Both the position numbers and the translations under genes were made by a program. This document shows, piece by piece, positions 19,455 through 30,187 of a stretch of 64,000 bases of DNA. Each line of letters starts with the position of its first letter. Position 1 is the first letter of the stretch. The notes beneath the pieces are model-generated. The model was not told where the DNA came from. It saw nothing but the letters and a program-made list of their open reading frames with translations, and ran no database searches. Where the stretch lies: sequence record SRR31156797_179; one strand, written 5' to 3'.

Positions 19455-20627
19455 ATGAATGTATTGATGATTTTAGATAAAGAATTTCCACAAGATAATA
19501 GAGTTGAAAAGGAAATTCAGAGCTTGATCCAGCATGGAATCAATGTGGACATTGCTTGCTTTACAAGGAAGAAATTGGCTGCCAGGGAAGAGTTTAATGG
19601 TTATATTATACATAGACGAGAAATTTCAACATTGATGTATAAATTGAGTGCTGCCATTCTTGTATTACCTTTCTACTTTAACTTCTGGAAAAAATTTATA
19701 CAGCAACTGTTTAATCAAAAGCAATATGACGCCATACATGTGCATGATTTGCCACTAGCTAAAATTGGCTATTACTTTAAGAAAAAATACAATGCTAAAC
19801 TTGTTTGCGATCAACATGAGTATTATAGCAATTGGATAGTGCATACCGGTTACTACAATAAAGGAGTTGGGAAATTAATTAATTGGCTATCCAATTGGAC
19901 GAAATACGAGCAAAAATATCTCAATAAATCAGATTTAGTTGTTACAATTGAAGAGCCACTTCGATCTAGTTATATTAAGAGTGTGGGAGTTCCTGCAGAA
20001 AAGGTAATTCTTGTGCCCAATACACCAACCTTAGATGTATTTAACGAAAGCAATGTAAATACATCAGTTGTTGAGAAATATAAAAATGATTTTATGCTGT
20101 TTTATGCTGGAGGAATTGATCAACTGCGAGGTCTTGAGCTGGTTTTAGAAGCGCTTGGTGAATTGAAACATAAAGTACCATCTATTAAGTTTGTAGTTGC
20201 CGGAAAGCAGGCCAAAGGATACGATATTTTGCAAATTGCTGAAAAATTTGAGGTTAATGAACTGGTCGAATTTATTGGTTGGATTGATCATTCTGAGATT
20301 CCGTCTTATATCGCCGCCTCAAAGGTTGGTATTTTTACACCTCCGGGAAACAGAGATGAAATTCATAATACTATAGCCACAAAGATTTACCAATATATGG
20401 CAATGAGTACGCCGATTATCGTATCAGATGTTAAATTGATGAAGGAATTCGTAGAGCATCATGGAATTGGAAAATCTGTTCAAAATAGCGACCAATTTGT
20501 TAGTATTATCGAGAAATGGCAAAGAGAACCTTCATATATGGAAGAGATGAAAAACAATAGCCTAAGCATCCGAAATAATTACGTTTGGGATAGTACTATC
20601 AAGGATTTGATCAATTTCTACAGTTAA
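19455..20627 (+). CDS. Glycosyltransferase family 4
   Basis: D.RVEKE, HVHDL, FYAGGI...RGL and KIYQYMA..PIIVSD. Confidence 0.9.
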   Translation: MNVLMILDKEFPQDNRVEKEIQSLIQHGINVDIACFTRKKLAAREEFNGYIIHRREISTLMYKLSAAILVLPFYFNFWKKFIQQLFNQKQYDAIHVHDLPLAKIGYYFKKKYNAKLVCDQHEYYSNWIVHTGYYNKGVGKLINWLSNWTKYEQKYLNKSDLVVTIEEPLRSSYIKSVGVPAEKVILVPNTPTLDVFNESNVNTSVVEKYKNDFMLFYAGGIDQLRGLELVLEALGELKHKVPSIKFVVAGKQAKGYDILQIAEKFEVNELVEFIGWIDHSEIPSYIAASKVGIFTPPGNRDEIHNTIATKIYQYMAMSTPIIVSDVKLMKEFVEHHGIGKSVQNSDQFVSIIEKWQREPSYMEEMKNNSLSIRNNYVWDSTIKDLINFYS

Positions 20628-20730
20628 AATTCTATTCAGATGGAATCTTGAATGTTGTTTATTTTTTTACGAACCTCTATAATTATGAAAAAATGCGTAA
20701 ATTGGTTAATTACAGTTAATAGATTATTTG

Positions 20731-23700
20731 ATGTTAAGAGGAATTGTAATATCGTTAATTTTTTATTTTACTGCGTTTAACTTATTTGCACAGGATTTTA
20801 TTTTAAAACAATACCGTGCATTTGATGGGTTGCAAACCGATATGGTTAAAACAATTAATCGGGACAGCCTTGGGTTTTTATGGATCGGAACTGACAATGG
20901 GTTGGTAAAATATGATGGTGTTAGTTTTCAGTATTTTCCGGAAGCCACTGCAAGTCAGTATATTAAAGATATTATTAGGACGAAAGAGGGCAGACTGCTT
21001 ATTATTCATGATCTGGGTGTGTCTGAGATTTTAAGTACACTACGCCATGTTGAATTCAAATCTCTTTTGAATGGAACAACAGTTATATCTGATACTGCCT
21101 TGTGGTATCCTAAAGCAGCAATTGAAGATTCATTGGGAAATATCTGGATTGCTGAACCGCAATCTATTGTTAAAGTAAAGGAAGATTTTTCTGAGTGGAA
21201 AAGATATCATTTTTCCGAAAAAGATAATTCTGTTTCTTTTGTACGATCATTTAATTTTGCTCAAATAAATAAAGACTCTCTTTTAGTTAGCTCATTCAGA
21301 GGCAATTATTTTATTTACGTATATAGTAGAGATGAGATTATTCCGTTGGGTTTTAATGGCCCAAACCATGAAATTCATGTGTTAAAAAGGGTAAATAACA
21401 GGTTTTTTGCCGGGACAAACATTGGGTTGTTTGAGTTTAAAATTATAAATGGAGTTGTTTCATATTCAAGACCTTACTTAAAAGAATTGGTTACCGATAT
21501 AGAAGTTATTGATCATGAATCGTTGATTATTTGCAGTGAAAATAGTTTTAATTATTATCTAAAATGTGAGGATAATGAGTTTAAGTTGAGTCCAATAGAA
21601 GGTTCCAAGCTAAATACAAACCAGGCATTTGTGTGGCAAGAGAATATTTGGTTGAGCACACAGAAAGGTGTGGCCTTGCTTAAACGACCAAATTTCAGAC
21701 AAATAAAATTAGATGTGCCAACAATGTATGTGGAAGCTTTAACGACACATTCTGAATCTCCTTATGTTTACTTGCTGGGCAAAGAGATTTTATGGAGAAT
21801 TAATAAGGAAACAGAAGAATCAGAAAGGATTTATGAGAGTTTTGGAGGATATCTGTTAAGTGGTGCTGCTACGTCAAAGGGAATATGGTTTACAGATGCA
21901 TTTGAAATTATTTATTGGGAGGATGGTGTAATCAAGGACCGAGTTGACCTGAATGATTATGGCCGTTTTATATTCAATATTTCAATTGATGAACATGGTC
22001 TTTTATGGATTACTCAGGAAGCATCTATTGGTGTTAAAAGCTATAACCCTGTTACTAAAGAATTAGTTATTTATGATGGATCAAAAGGTATTGACTTTGA
22101 AGTAACCGATGTGAAGGCTACTAAAAGTGGTGTTTACATCTCGACAAATGAAACTAAAGGTTACTTGTTATTTAAACCAATAGGTAGTAAGTTTTTTAAA
22201 AATATATCTCATTTCAAGCCTTTGCAATTCAGTAATTTAAGAGTTGAAGATGTTGTTATTCATGATTCAATCATTTGGATGGCGTCAAATTATGGCATTC
22301 TCAAGCATTTCAATGATACACTAATCATTGATAATATTCCGGGTAATGAAAGTGGAGTTGCCATTCGTACCCTTGTTAAGGATAGGAATTATTTGTGGTA
22401 TGGTAATCAAATTGGGCTCTATAGGTACAATATTGAAACAGGTAACTATAATCTCTATAATGAACAAACTGGTTTGAGTTCAAATTCTATTAATGAAGAA
22501 GGAATATTGCTCGATGATGATAAGCTATGGGTTGGAACCCCTTTTGGTGTTTCTTTGATGGATTATGATATCACAGAGTATTTTAATACACCTGATCCTT
22601 TTATCTTGAGTGTGTTGGCGAATGGAAAAGAGAAGAACATTGAAAAATCTAATATAAACATACCACATGGGTCTTATATTGAAATAAAGTATTCATCTCT
22701 GACTTATCCTTCAACAGATATTCAGTTCAGCTATCGAGTTCCCCAAATAAATAAAAACTGGTCAAATTTATCTTTTAATGGCGCAGTTGAGTTATCTGAT
22801 TTGGAAATGGGTAACTACACATTTGAAGTGAGAGCCCGGAAATTAGGTAATTATGAGTGGAGTGATGTTACTAAAATGCATTTTTATGTAAAACCTGCCT
22901 TATATCAGTCATGGATTTTCTATGTGGCGCTAGCATTAGTAGTATCGTTTTTTGCATTTCTCACAAGGTATGTTACAAAACGTTTAATGCGAAAGCGTCA
23001 AATTGCGTTAGAAAAACTAGTTGATGAAAGAACTGCTGAATTGGAGCATCATAAGAATAAATTGGAAGAAATGGTAGCTGAGCGCACAGCAGATCTAAAT
23101 GATTTAAATGAAGAACTGAAAGCTACTAATCAGGAGCTATATAATAAAAATGAGGTGGTTAGTTTACAAAAAGATAAATTGGAAGAAACAATCCAAAATC
23201 TGAAGGATGCTCAGACTAAGTTAGTTGAGTCTGAGAAAATGGCCTCTTTGGGTATTTTGACTGCCGGAATATCTCATGAAATTAATAACCCATTGAATTT
23301 TATTATGGCCGGGTATTTAGGTTTGGAGAACTTCATAATGGAGGAACAGGATAAAGATCTGGAAAGAATTAAAATTCATCTTGAAAGTATCAGAACCGGA
23401 GTAGATAGAGCAACAGATATCGTACAGGGACTTAACCAATTTGCTCGCGACAATGAATCATATGAGGAAGAATGCAATATCGCCAGTATTATTGATAATT
23501 GTATTTTAATGATCGATAAAAACTATCTGGATCATATTGAAATTAAAAAACAGTATACAAAAGATCGGTATAAGCTTCTTGGAAATATCGGTAAAATGCA
23601 CCAGGTATTTCTTAATTTGATGATGAACGCTGCCCAGGCTATTCAGGGAAAAGGTAGTATAACCATAACAACTGAATTAGTGAAAAATAGCCTGGAAGTT

Positions 23701-23913
23701 AAAATATCCGATACGGGTGAAGGTATCAGTAAAGAAAATCTTAAAAAGATTATGGATCCATTTTTCACCACAAAAGATCCCGGAAAAGGAACAGGATTAG
23801 GATTATCAATTACTGCCAGAATCATAAACGAGCATAAAGGTAAAATTGAGTACCAATCAAATCCTGGAGAAGGTACAACTGCAAAAGTGACATTTCCAAT
23901 TAGTAAAGATTAA
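20731..23913 (+). CDS. Sensor histidine kinase with periplasmic beta-propeller and Y_Y_Y domains, without receiver or AraC domain
   Basis: Signal peptide; DSLGFLWIGTDNGL repeats; GNYTFEVRAR; TM; coiled coil; HEINNPL, NAAQA, DTGEGI, PFFTTK and GTGLGL. Confidence 0.9.
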   Translation: MLRGIVISLIFYFTAFNLFAQDFILKQYRAFDGLQTDMVKTINRDSLGFLWIGTDNGLVKYDGVSFQYFPEATASQYIKDIIRTKEGRLLIIHDLGVSEILSTLRHVEFKSLLNGTTVISDTALWYPKAAIEDSLGNIWIAEPQSIVKVKEDFSEWKRYHFSEKDNSVSFVRSFNFAQINKDSLLVSSFRGNYFIYVYSRDEIIPLGFNGPNHEIHVLKRVNNRFFAGTNIGLFEFKIINGVVSYSRPYLKELVTDIEVIDHESLIICSENSFNYYLKCEDNEFKLSPIEGSKLNTNQAFVWQENIWLSTQKGVALLKRPNFRQIKLDVPTMYVEALTTHSESPYVYLLGKEILWRINKETEESERIYESFGGYLLSGAATSKGIWFTDAFEIIYWEDGVIKDRVDLNDYGRFIFNISIDEHGLLWITQEASIGVKSYNPVTKELVIYDGSKGIDFEVTDVKATKSGVYISTNETKGYLLFKPIGSKFFKNISHFKPLQFSNLRVEDVVIHDSIIWMASNYGILKHFNDTLIIDNIPGNESGVAIRTLVKDRNYLWYGNQIGLYRYNIETGNYNLYNEQTGLSSNSINEEGILLDDDKLWVGTPFGVSLMDYDITEYFNTPDPFILSVLANGKEKNIEKSNINIPHGSYIEIKYSSLTYPSTDIQFSYRVPQINKNWSNLSFNGAVELSDLEMGNYTFEVRARKLGNYEWSDVTKMHFYVKPALYQSWIFYVALALVVSFFAFLTRYVTKRLMRKRQIALEKLVDERTAELEHHKNKLEEMVAERTADLNDLNEELKATNQELYNKNEVVSLQKDKLEETIQNLKDAQTKLVESEKMASLGILTAGISHEINNPLNFIMAGYLGLENFIMEEQDKDLERIKIHLESIRTGVDRATDIVQGLNQFARDNESYEEECNIASIIDNCILMIDKNYLDHIEIKKQYTKDRYKLLGNIGKMHQVFLNLMMNAAQAIQGKGSITITTELVKNSLEVKISDTGEGISKENLKKIMDPFFTTKDPGKGTGLGLSITARIINEHKGKIEYQSNPGEGTTAKVTFPISKD

Positions 23914-23931
23914 GTCAATAAAGCAAACGTC

Positions 23932-24525
23932 ATGAAACAAATGAAAGCAGCAGATAAAACAAAACTAAAAAGCCCATCCTTAGGGATAACAGATAACTTT
24001 CCTCACAGAGCCATGTGGAAAGAAATTGCTGATGAACAAGGCGGTGTTTTTACAGTGAAGCACACCAAAAGCAGAGATGTTGAAATTCATCATATTGCAA
24101 TTCCTCACAAGCGGTGGGAGATTGAAATAACCGTATCTGATACCCGTCCATTGAAGTTCAATATTGATTTTACAGTCATTCAGGATTTTGAATTAATTAT
24201 TTCATGGAAAGATTTTACTGATAAGATATTCAGTCTATTTCGAAAGTCAGAAACTCAGATGGGTTGGAAACCATTTGATAAACAATATCTTATTAAAACA
24301 AATAGATCAGATCTGGCGCTCAGATTATTATCAGAGGATATTCAGAAATTGATGCTGCAACATCATATTTATTCTATCTCATACCAAAGCAATTCAAAAT
24401 CAGGTAAAGCAGAGCTTATAAGTGTAATACAGCGAAGAAACGGAACGAAAAAAATGATTACAGAACTTATTGCAATGTATAAAATGATATTAGATGGTTT
24501 GGAGCGATTGAAGGTTGTAAATTAG
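23932..24525 (+). CDS. Hypothetical protein
   Basis: 197-aa ORF tightly following the kinase; no family recognised. Confidence 0.6.
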   Translation: MKQMKAADKTKLKSPSLGITDNFPHRAMWKEIADEQGGVFTVKHTKSRDVEIHHIAIPHKRWEIEITVSDTRPLKFNIDFTVIQDFELIISWKDFTDKIFSLFRKSETQMGWKPFDKQYLIKTNRSDLALRLLSEDIQKLMLQHHIYSISYQSNSKSGKAELISVIQRRNGTKKMITELIAMYKMILDGLERLKVVN

Positions 24526-24557
24526 AATAAATAATCATAATTTTAATAAAATGGCTA

Positions 24558-25298
24558 ATGAAAAAATACCCTTATAAATCTTTACTAATTATAATTCTGT
24601 TTTTTATACTATCTCCCTTTGTAATGAAGGCCCAGTTTTCAGATTCTGTTTATTCGTACTCTCCTGATAGAAAATATGGTTTTGGTGGCGGAATGTCAAT
24701 AGGAGGAGGATATACAATGTTGACTGGTAATTTATCAAAATACCATCCTAATCATGGTACATTCAGTGTTGCATTTAATTTTTTATATGGTAAAATAAGT
24801 TATGACTTATTTATGTATGTTGGAAATGTCGCACCAAATGAGGGTTATACGAGTAATGAATATTCTTTTATATCTGATTCTATAAATCAAGCGTTGGAGT
24901 TTGAAAATACCTTTGGTTACATGATTGTTGATAGAAAGCGAGTTTCGGTTAATCCTTATATCGGAATTAACTTATATCATATGAACCAGAATATAGGTAA
25001 TGAAGAAAACATTGGACCAACAAAAGTGGGAACTGTTTTGGGCTGTGCATTTGATTATAAGTTCAGTAGTGCTTTTTTTGACAAATATATGGGTGATTTC
25101 ATCTTAGGAACACGAGTTAGTTATAGGAATCTTCAAAAATATGCTGGGTTAGATGTATCTAATTTGAATGTTAGCTTTTATTTTAAGTTTATGATAAGGT
25201 CATACCGTAAAGACAAGAAATCTAGAAATAATATCGAAAATAATGAATTACGAGATACTCGGAAAATTCCTGTTAGGAAAGAGTTCAAGGATCTGTAA
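24558..25298 (+). CDS. Putative outer-membrane beta-barrel protein
   Basis: Signal peptide (MKA/Q) and alternating aromatic beta-strands (VNPYIGINLY, VSFYFKF). Confidence 0.55.
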   Translation: MKKYPYKSLLIIILFFILSPFVMKAQFSDSVYSYSPDRKYGFGGGMSIGGGYTMLTGNLSKYHPNHGTFSVAFNFLYGKISYDLFMYVGNVAPNEGYTSNEYSFISDSINQALEFENTFGYMIVDRKRVSVNPYIGINLYHMNQNIGNEENIGPTKVGTVLGCAFDYKFSSAFFDKYMGDFILGTRVSYRNLQKYAGLDVSNLNVSFYFKFMIRSYRKDKKSRNNIENNELRDTRKIPVRKEFKDL

Positions 25299-25532
25299 TT
25301 AAAAAGTTGCTCCACTTTGTAATAAATTAACTTCGATTAGATTTTACTTCATTCATTGAAATCTTTATAAGTTTTCCTTAAGACCATTTTTCATGTCTTG
25401 ATGCAATTTGACTTCCATTCACAGAGAATGCCAATCCGCAATAAATATTGTTGATCTATTTGACGAAAAATAGCTTATATCTCTTAATGCTTAAGAAAGA
25501 CATAGTTATTCAAAGAGAAATTGTATGAAGAG

Positions 25533-27278
25533 CTATATAGGGAGTGTAACAATAAATTCTGTACCCACATTGGGTTCTGATTTTACTTCAATTGATCCGT
25601 TGTGTTCTTCTATAATGTTTTTACTAATGGCAAGTCCTAGCCCTGTACCTTTATCAATTGATTTGGTTGTGAAGAAAGGCGTGAAGATCTTTTTTAGGTT
25701 CTCTGCATCCATTCCAATACCATTATCTTTGATTGATACTTTAACTTGTCCGGTTTCCTGATAAGTTGAAATATGAATTTTCCCTTCTTTTTCAATGGCC
25801 TGTATAGCGTTAGTTATAATATTTAGGAATACCTGGTTTATTTTTCCTGCAAAGCATTCTATTTCAGGTATATCCCCTAAGTCGGTAGTTAATTCAATGT
25901 TGTATTTATATTGATTTCGCAAAAGTACTAGCGTTGATTCTATACTTTTATTTAGATTGTATGATTGTTTTTCTGAATTGGCCTTAATTGAGAAGGAGTT
26001 AAAACCTTGTGATATCTCAATAATTTGCTCAGACCCTTTTTTGATTGATTCAAATAAAGAATAAAAACCGCCTTTGATATGCTCGTAGTCAAGATCTTTT
26101 CTTATTTGTTCCAATTCTTTCTTTTTTTCTTCCGGTAAGTGTGAAATATACTTATTTGCTTTGTCAGCATATTGAATGATTGACTCTATATCGTCTTGCA
26201 TTAATTCAATGCTGCCAGAAATGTAATTCACCGGGTTTTTTATTTCGTGTGCAATTCCGGCAGTTAGCATCCCAATAGTTGCTAGTTTTTCAGATTGAAC
26301 CATCTGTGTTTGAGCCTCTTCAAGTTCTTTGTAGGCAGCATCACGCTTTTTTTGCGCTCTTTTACGTCGACGTACCTCTTTACTTAGTTTTCTGTTCCAA
26401 TAAATACTAACTAGAAGAATAATGGTGAGAGGTATTAAGATTTTCAGGAGTAAAGAATAATCTATTTTATCTTCCCTATAGGATATCCAATTGTTGTAAA
26501 TGGTTTTTTTCTCTGAATCAGTAATCGAATCTAATGCTCTCTGAATAATGTCTTTTAGAATTGGCCAATCATTTCTAATTCCCATGCTAACAGTGTAGGC
26601 ATAAGGTGTTTCTCCAACAATCCTTACATTTTTATGACCACCGTTATTGATATAGTAGTTTACTACAGGCATACTTTCAATAAAAGCGTCAATTTCGTTA
26701 CGAGCCAATTTTTTAAAGAGATCTTCAATATTTTTAGCGCGCACTAAATTAATTTTCGGAAAGTCTTTTTTAAGAAGGTCTTCTGTGAAATAACCTTTCA
26801 CTACACCAACGTTTTTATTATTTAATTCTTTGAGGTTTCTTATAAAGTTACTTCCTGCTATTGCGTAAATAGATATAGGTTGTGAATTGTAGGGTTCTGT
26901 GAATAAAAAATATTTTAATCGCTCTTTAGTTGGAACTACAGCAGAGAGTATATCTAGTTCTTTATTTTTAGCTTTATTGAAAATTTCATCCCAGCTTTTT
27001 GATATGGAATATTCAAATTTCACACCCAACTTTTGTTCAACAATTGATATGTAATCGCGGGTTAAGCCTAATGGTAGATTATTATTGTCTCTAAACTCAA
27101 ATGGAGCCCATTGGGGGTCACTTCCAACACGAATAATAGGATGTTCGTTCAGCCAATTTTGCTCTTTAGGAGTCAATTGGAGGATTGATCCAGCCTTTAC
27201 TGTATCTGTTGATTGCTCAAACCCATAGACAGATAGGGTTACGAACAAAAGTATAACTAAAAAAGATGCGCCCCGCAT
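25533..27278 (-). CDS. Sensor histidine kinase with periplasmic solute-binding (BvgS/EvgS-like) domain
   Basis: LTPKEQNWL..HP.IRVG..P.WAPFEF, TM, HEIKNPV, NAIQA, DNGIGM and GTGLGL. Confidence 0.92.
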   Translation of the reverse strand: MRGASFLVILLFVTLSVYGFEQSTDTVKAGSILQLTPKEQNWLNEHPIIRVGSDPQWAPFEFRDNNNLPLGLTRDYISIVEQKLGVKFEYSISKSWDEIFNKAKNKELDILSAVVPTKERLKYFLFTEPYNSQPISIYAIAGSNFIRNLKELNNKNVGVVKGYFTEDLLKKDFPKINLVRAKNIEDLFKKLARNEIDAFIESMPVVNYYINNGGHKNVRIVGETPYAYTVSMGIRNDWPILKDIIQRALDSITDSEKKTIYNNWISYREDKIDYSLLLKILIPLTIILLVSIYWNRKLSKEVRRRKRAQKKRDAAYKELEEAQTQMVQSEKLATIGMLTAGIAHEIKNPVNYISGSIELMQDDIESIIQYADKANKYISHLPEEKKKELEQIRKDLDYEHIKGGFYSLFESIKKGSEQIIEISQGFNSFSIKANSEKQSYNLNKSIESTLVLLRNQYKYNIELTTDLGDIPEIECFAGKINQVFLNIITNAIQAIEKEGKIHISTYQETGQVKVSIKDNGIGMDAENLKKIFTPFFTTKSIDKGTGLGLAISKNIIEEHNGSIEVKSEPNVGTEFIVTLPI

Positions 27279-27365
27279 TATAATAGACTAATTTTCAATA
27301 TGTAAATTAGGTAAAAACAATAAACAAACCAAAATAAATTTCATTATCGTGAAATTTAATTGATG

Positions 27366-27396
27366 AAAAAAAGCGCAGCCTTTCGACTGCGCTTTT
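27366..27396 (-). terminator. Intrinsic terminator of the rnf operon
   Basis: AAAAGCGCAG...CTGCGCTTTT stem with a T-tract on the minus strand. Confidence 0.8.
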
Positions 27397-27416
27397 GTTA
27401 TATTAATTATTTAGTT

Positions 27417-27989
27417 CTATACTAATCCAGAGAATCCCATAAAGGCCATGGCTAAGATTCCTGCTGCAACTAATGCAACTGGCGTTCCACGCATACCTTT
27501 AGGCACATTCATAAGATCTAAGTGTTCTCGAATACCTGCGAATAGTGTAATGGCCACACCAAATCCAATAGCTGAACCGATTGCATAAATTACACCTTCC
27601 ATAAGGTTATATTCGTTTTGAATAGTTAATAAGGCCACACCCATAATGGCACAGTTGGTAGTAATCAATGGTAAGAATACACCTAAAGCCTGGTAGAGTG
27701 GGGGGCTTACTTTCTTTAATACAATTTCAACCATCTGCACAAACGATGCAATTACCAGAATGAATGCGATGGTTTGAAGGAATCCTATTCCATAGGGCTC
27801 CAGAACATATGTTTGTAGTAAATATGTAACTATAGTGGCCAGAACCATTACAAAGGTTACAGCTCCTGTCATCCCTACTGCAGTTGATAGCTTTTTGGAT
27901 ACTCCCATGAAAGGACAAATACCCAGAAACTGCATCAATACGATGTTGTTTACAAGAATGGCCGATATTACGATTGCAAAAATTTCCAT
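27417..27989 (-). CDS. rnfA: Rnf electron transport complex subunit A
   Basis: FLGICPFMGVS and LPLITTNCA. Confidence 0.95.
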   Translation of the reverse strand: MEIFAIVISAILVNNIVLMQFLGICPFMGVSKKLSTAVGMTGAVTFVMVLATIVTYLLQTYVLEPYGIGFLQTIAFILVIASFVQMVEIVLKKVSPPLYQALGVFLPLITTNCAIMGVALLTIQNEYNLMEGVIYAIGSAIGFGVAITLFAGIREHLDLMNVPKGMRGTPVALVAAGILAMAFMGFSGLV

Positions 27990-28000
27990 AATTCAGCGTT

Positions 28001-28606
28001 TTAAGATTTTTTAACTTTATTCAACAATGCAATAAGGTAACCAAGTGCAATAAATGCTCCCGGTGCTAATACAAATAATAGCATAGTAATTGGTGCTCCT
28101 TCTTCGTTAGTTGGAAAAATAGGAAGGGAAATACCAAAAATTGATCCTGATCCTAATATTTCACGAACTGCACCAAGTAATGTCAATGCAAATGCAAATC
28201 CTAGTCCCATTCCAAAACCATCAATTATAGATGATAAGGTATTGTTTTTAGATGCAAATGCTTCTGCACGACCTAATACTAAACAGTTTACAACGATAAG
28301 TGGAATAAAAATACCCAATTGTTCGTGTAACGCTGGTAAGAATCCTGCCATACTTAAGTCAACTATGGTAACGAAAGATGCAATAATTACAATAAATGAA
28401 GGAATACGAACTTTGTCAGGGATGAGGTTTTTAACAAGCGAAACAACGATATTGGCCATTACCAATACAAATGTTGTTGCCATTCCCATTCCCAGTCCGT
28501 TAAATGCACTTGATGTAACAGCTAGTGCAGGACATAGTCCCAGTAGCATTACAAATACTGCATTTTCTTTTAAGAATCCTTTTTTGAAGTTTTGCAATTG
28601 ATTCAT
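28001..28606 (-). CDS. rnfE: Rnf subunit E
   Basis: [10 protein letters not shown] and [20 protein letters not shown]. Confidence 0.95.
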   Translation of the reverse strand: MNQLQNFKKGFLKENAVFVMLLGLCPALAVTSSAFNGLGMGMATTFVLVMANIVVSLVKNLIPDKVRIPSFIVIIASFVTIVDLSMAGFLPALHEQLGIFIPLIVVNCLVLGRAEAFASKNNTLSSIIDGFGMGLGFAFALTLLGAVREILGSGSIFGISLPIFPTNEEGAPITMLLFVLAPGAFIALGYLIALLNKVKKS

Positions 28607-29199
28607 TTTTTGCCTCCTTCCTTATTTAAAACCTGGTAAGCTCTATCTATTGCATCGCAAAATGCACGCGATGTAATTGTAGCTGCAGTAATGGCATCAA
28701 CTTTTCCACCATCTTTGGTTACAGTAAGATTAGCCTGATCTGGTATCACATCTATAAATTGATTTGGAAAGTTAGAAACTGACGCATCCATTTTGTCTCC
28801 AAGTCCCGGAGTTTCTTTATGTGATAATACAGCAGTGTTTATAATCTTACCATCGGGAAAAAATCCTACCATAATGGTAAAACGTCCACTAAACCCATTG
28901 TCAGTATACGTTTCAACAGCTGTTCCAACTAATTCATCTCCTTTATAGGCTTCATTGAAGAATAAAGAATCTTCGCCTGATTTTGGCATTATACTATAAG
29001 ACTTAATAGTGTCAAATTCAAGTGCTTTGTCTTTATAGGTTAGTACCTTTGTTATCGAAGCTTCTTTTTTGGCTTGTAATGCTTTAGCAATAGGCTCTTT
29101 GGTTATCTCGTAGATACCGCCAAGTGTAGCTGATGCTATGAATGTTACAGCAAAAAGTGTAACAACCATATTGATGAATGATGATTCTCTTTTAGCCAT
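28603..29199 (-). CDS. rnfG: Rnf subunit G
   Basis: ETPGLG and FMN-attachment motif [10 protein letters not shown]. Confidence 0.95.
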   Translation of the reverse strand: MAKRESSFINMVVTLFAVTFIASATLGGIYEITKEPIAKALQAKKEASITKVLTYKDKALEFDTIKSYSIMPKSGEDSLFFNEAYKGDELVGTAVETYTDNGFSGRFTIMVGFFPDGKIINTAVLSHKETPGLGDKMDASVSNFPNQFIDVIPDQANLTVTKDGGKVDAITAATITSRAFCDAIDRAYQVLNKEGGKK

Positions 29200-30187
29200 G
29201 TTTTACCTCCTCTCCGAAACGTTTTGGTTTAGTGTAACGGTTTATAATTGGTACTGTAGCATTCATTATCAAAATTGCAAATGATACACCTTCCGGATAT
29301 GCACCCCAATATCGTATAAGCATGGTGATCACACCAATACCAACCCCGAAAATTATTTGTCCCTTTCCTGTCATTGGAGATGATACCATATCGGTGGCCA
29401 TGTAAATAGCTCCAATCATCATACCTCCGGTAAGTAAATGGAATAATGGTTCTGGGTAAATGGTAGGATCAACTAAATGCATAATACCTGCAAATGCAAA
29501 TACTGTTGCAAAAATTGAAAAAGGAGCATGCCATGTGATATATCCTCTCATCAGCATGTAAATACCTCCAATGATAATAGCTAGAGCTGAGATTTCACCA
29601 ATACAGCCAGACATATTACCTACAAAGTAATCTAATGCAGATGGCAATTGGTCCATAATCTCTGACATTGGTTTGTCTCCTGCAATGCCTTCCTTAAGCA
29701 TTCCTAGCGGCGTAGCACCGGTATAACCATCAGCTAAATGGAAACGATTATTTGGCCATGTGGTCATTTCAACTGGCCATGATATCAACATAAATACACG
29801 TCCTACTAAAGCAGGGTTAAATATGTTTTTACCGAGTCCTCCAAATGACATTTTACCAACGCCTACAGCCACTAACGCTCCTATGATCATCATCCAGATG
29901 GGAAGGTTAGCAGGTACGTTAAATGCCAGGAGCATACCGGTTATTATTGCAGAGCCATCAAAGGCTGAGCGTGGATTTTCTTTGATTAAAAATTTTTGAA
30001 TCAGCCATTCAAATGCTACACTGGCAACAACGGCAATTAGCGTTAGCTTCAGTGCATCCAGTCCGAAAAAGTAAACTGCGACCCCAAGTGCAGGAATAAG
30101 GCTGAGCACTACTCCGTACATTATGCTTCGTACAGAATCGTGTCCCTTGACGTGGGGTGACGGTGATACTGTTAATAGTCTGTTCAT
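29192..30187 (-). CDS. rnfD: Rnf subunit D
   Basis: SPSPH, FNPALVGR, TGATPL and MATDMVSSP. Confidence 0.95.
   Translation of the reverse strand: MNRLLTVSPSPHVKGHDSVRSIMYGVVLSLIPALGVAVYFFGLDALKLTLIAVVASVAFEWLIQKFLIKENPRSAFDGSAIITGMLLAFNVPANLPIWMMIIGALVAVGVGKMSFGGLGKNIFNPALVGRVFMLISWPVEMTTWPNNRFHLADGYTGATPLGMLKEGIAGDKPMSEIMDQLPSALDYFVGNMSGCIGEISALAIIIGGIYMLMRGYITWHAPFSIFATVFAFAGIMHLVDPTIYPEPLFHLLTGGMMIGAIYMATDMVSSPMTGKGQIIFGVGIGVITMLIRYWGAYPEGVSFAILIMNATVPIINRYTKPKRFGEEVKHG

Noticed and set aside
25300-25530. Possible pseudogene fragment on the minus strand (IFIADWHSL resembles a TrpRS segment)
   Set aside because: Only about 9 residues, bounded by stops, with no other supporting motif; likely chance.
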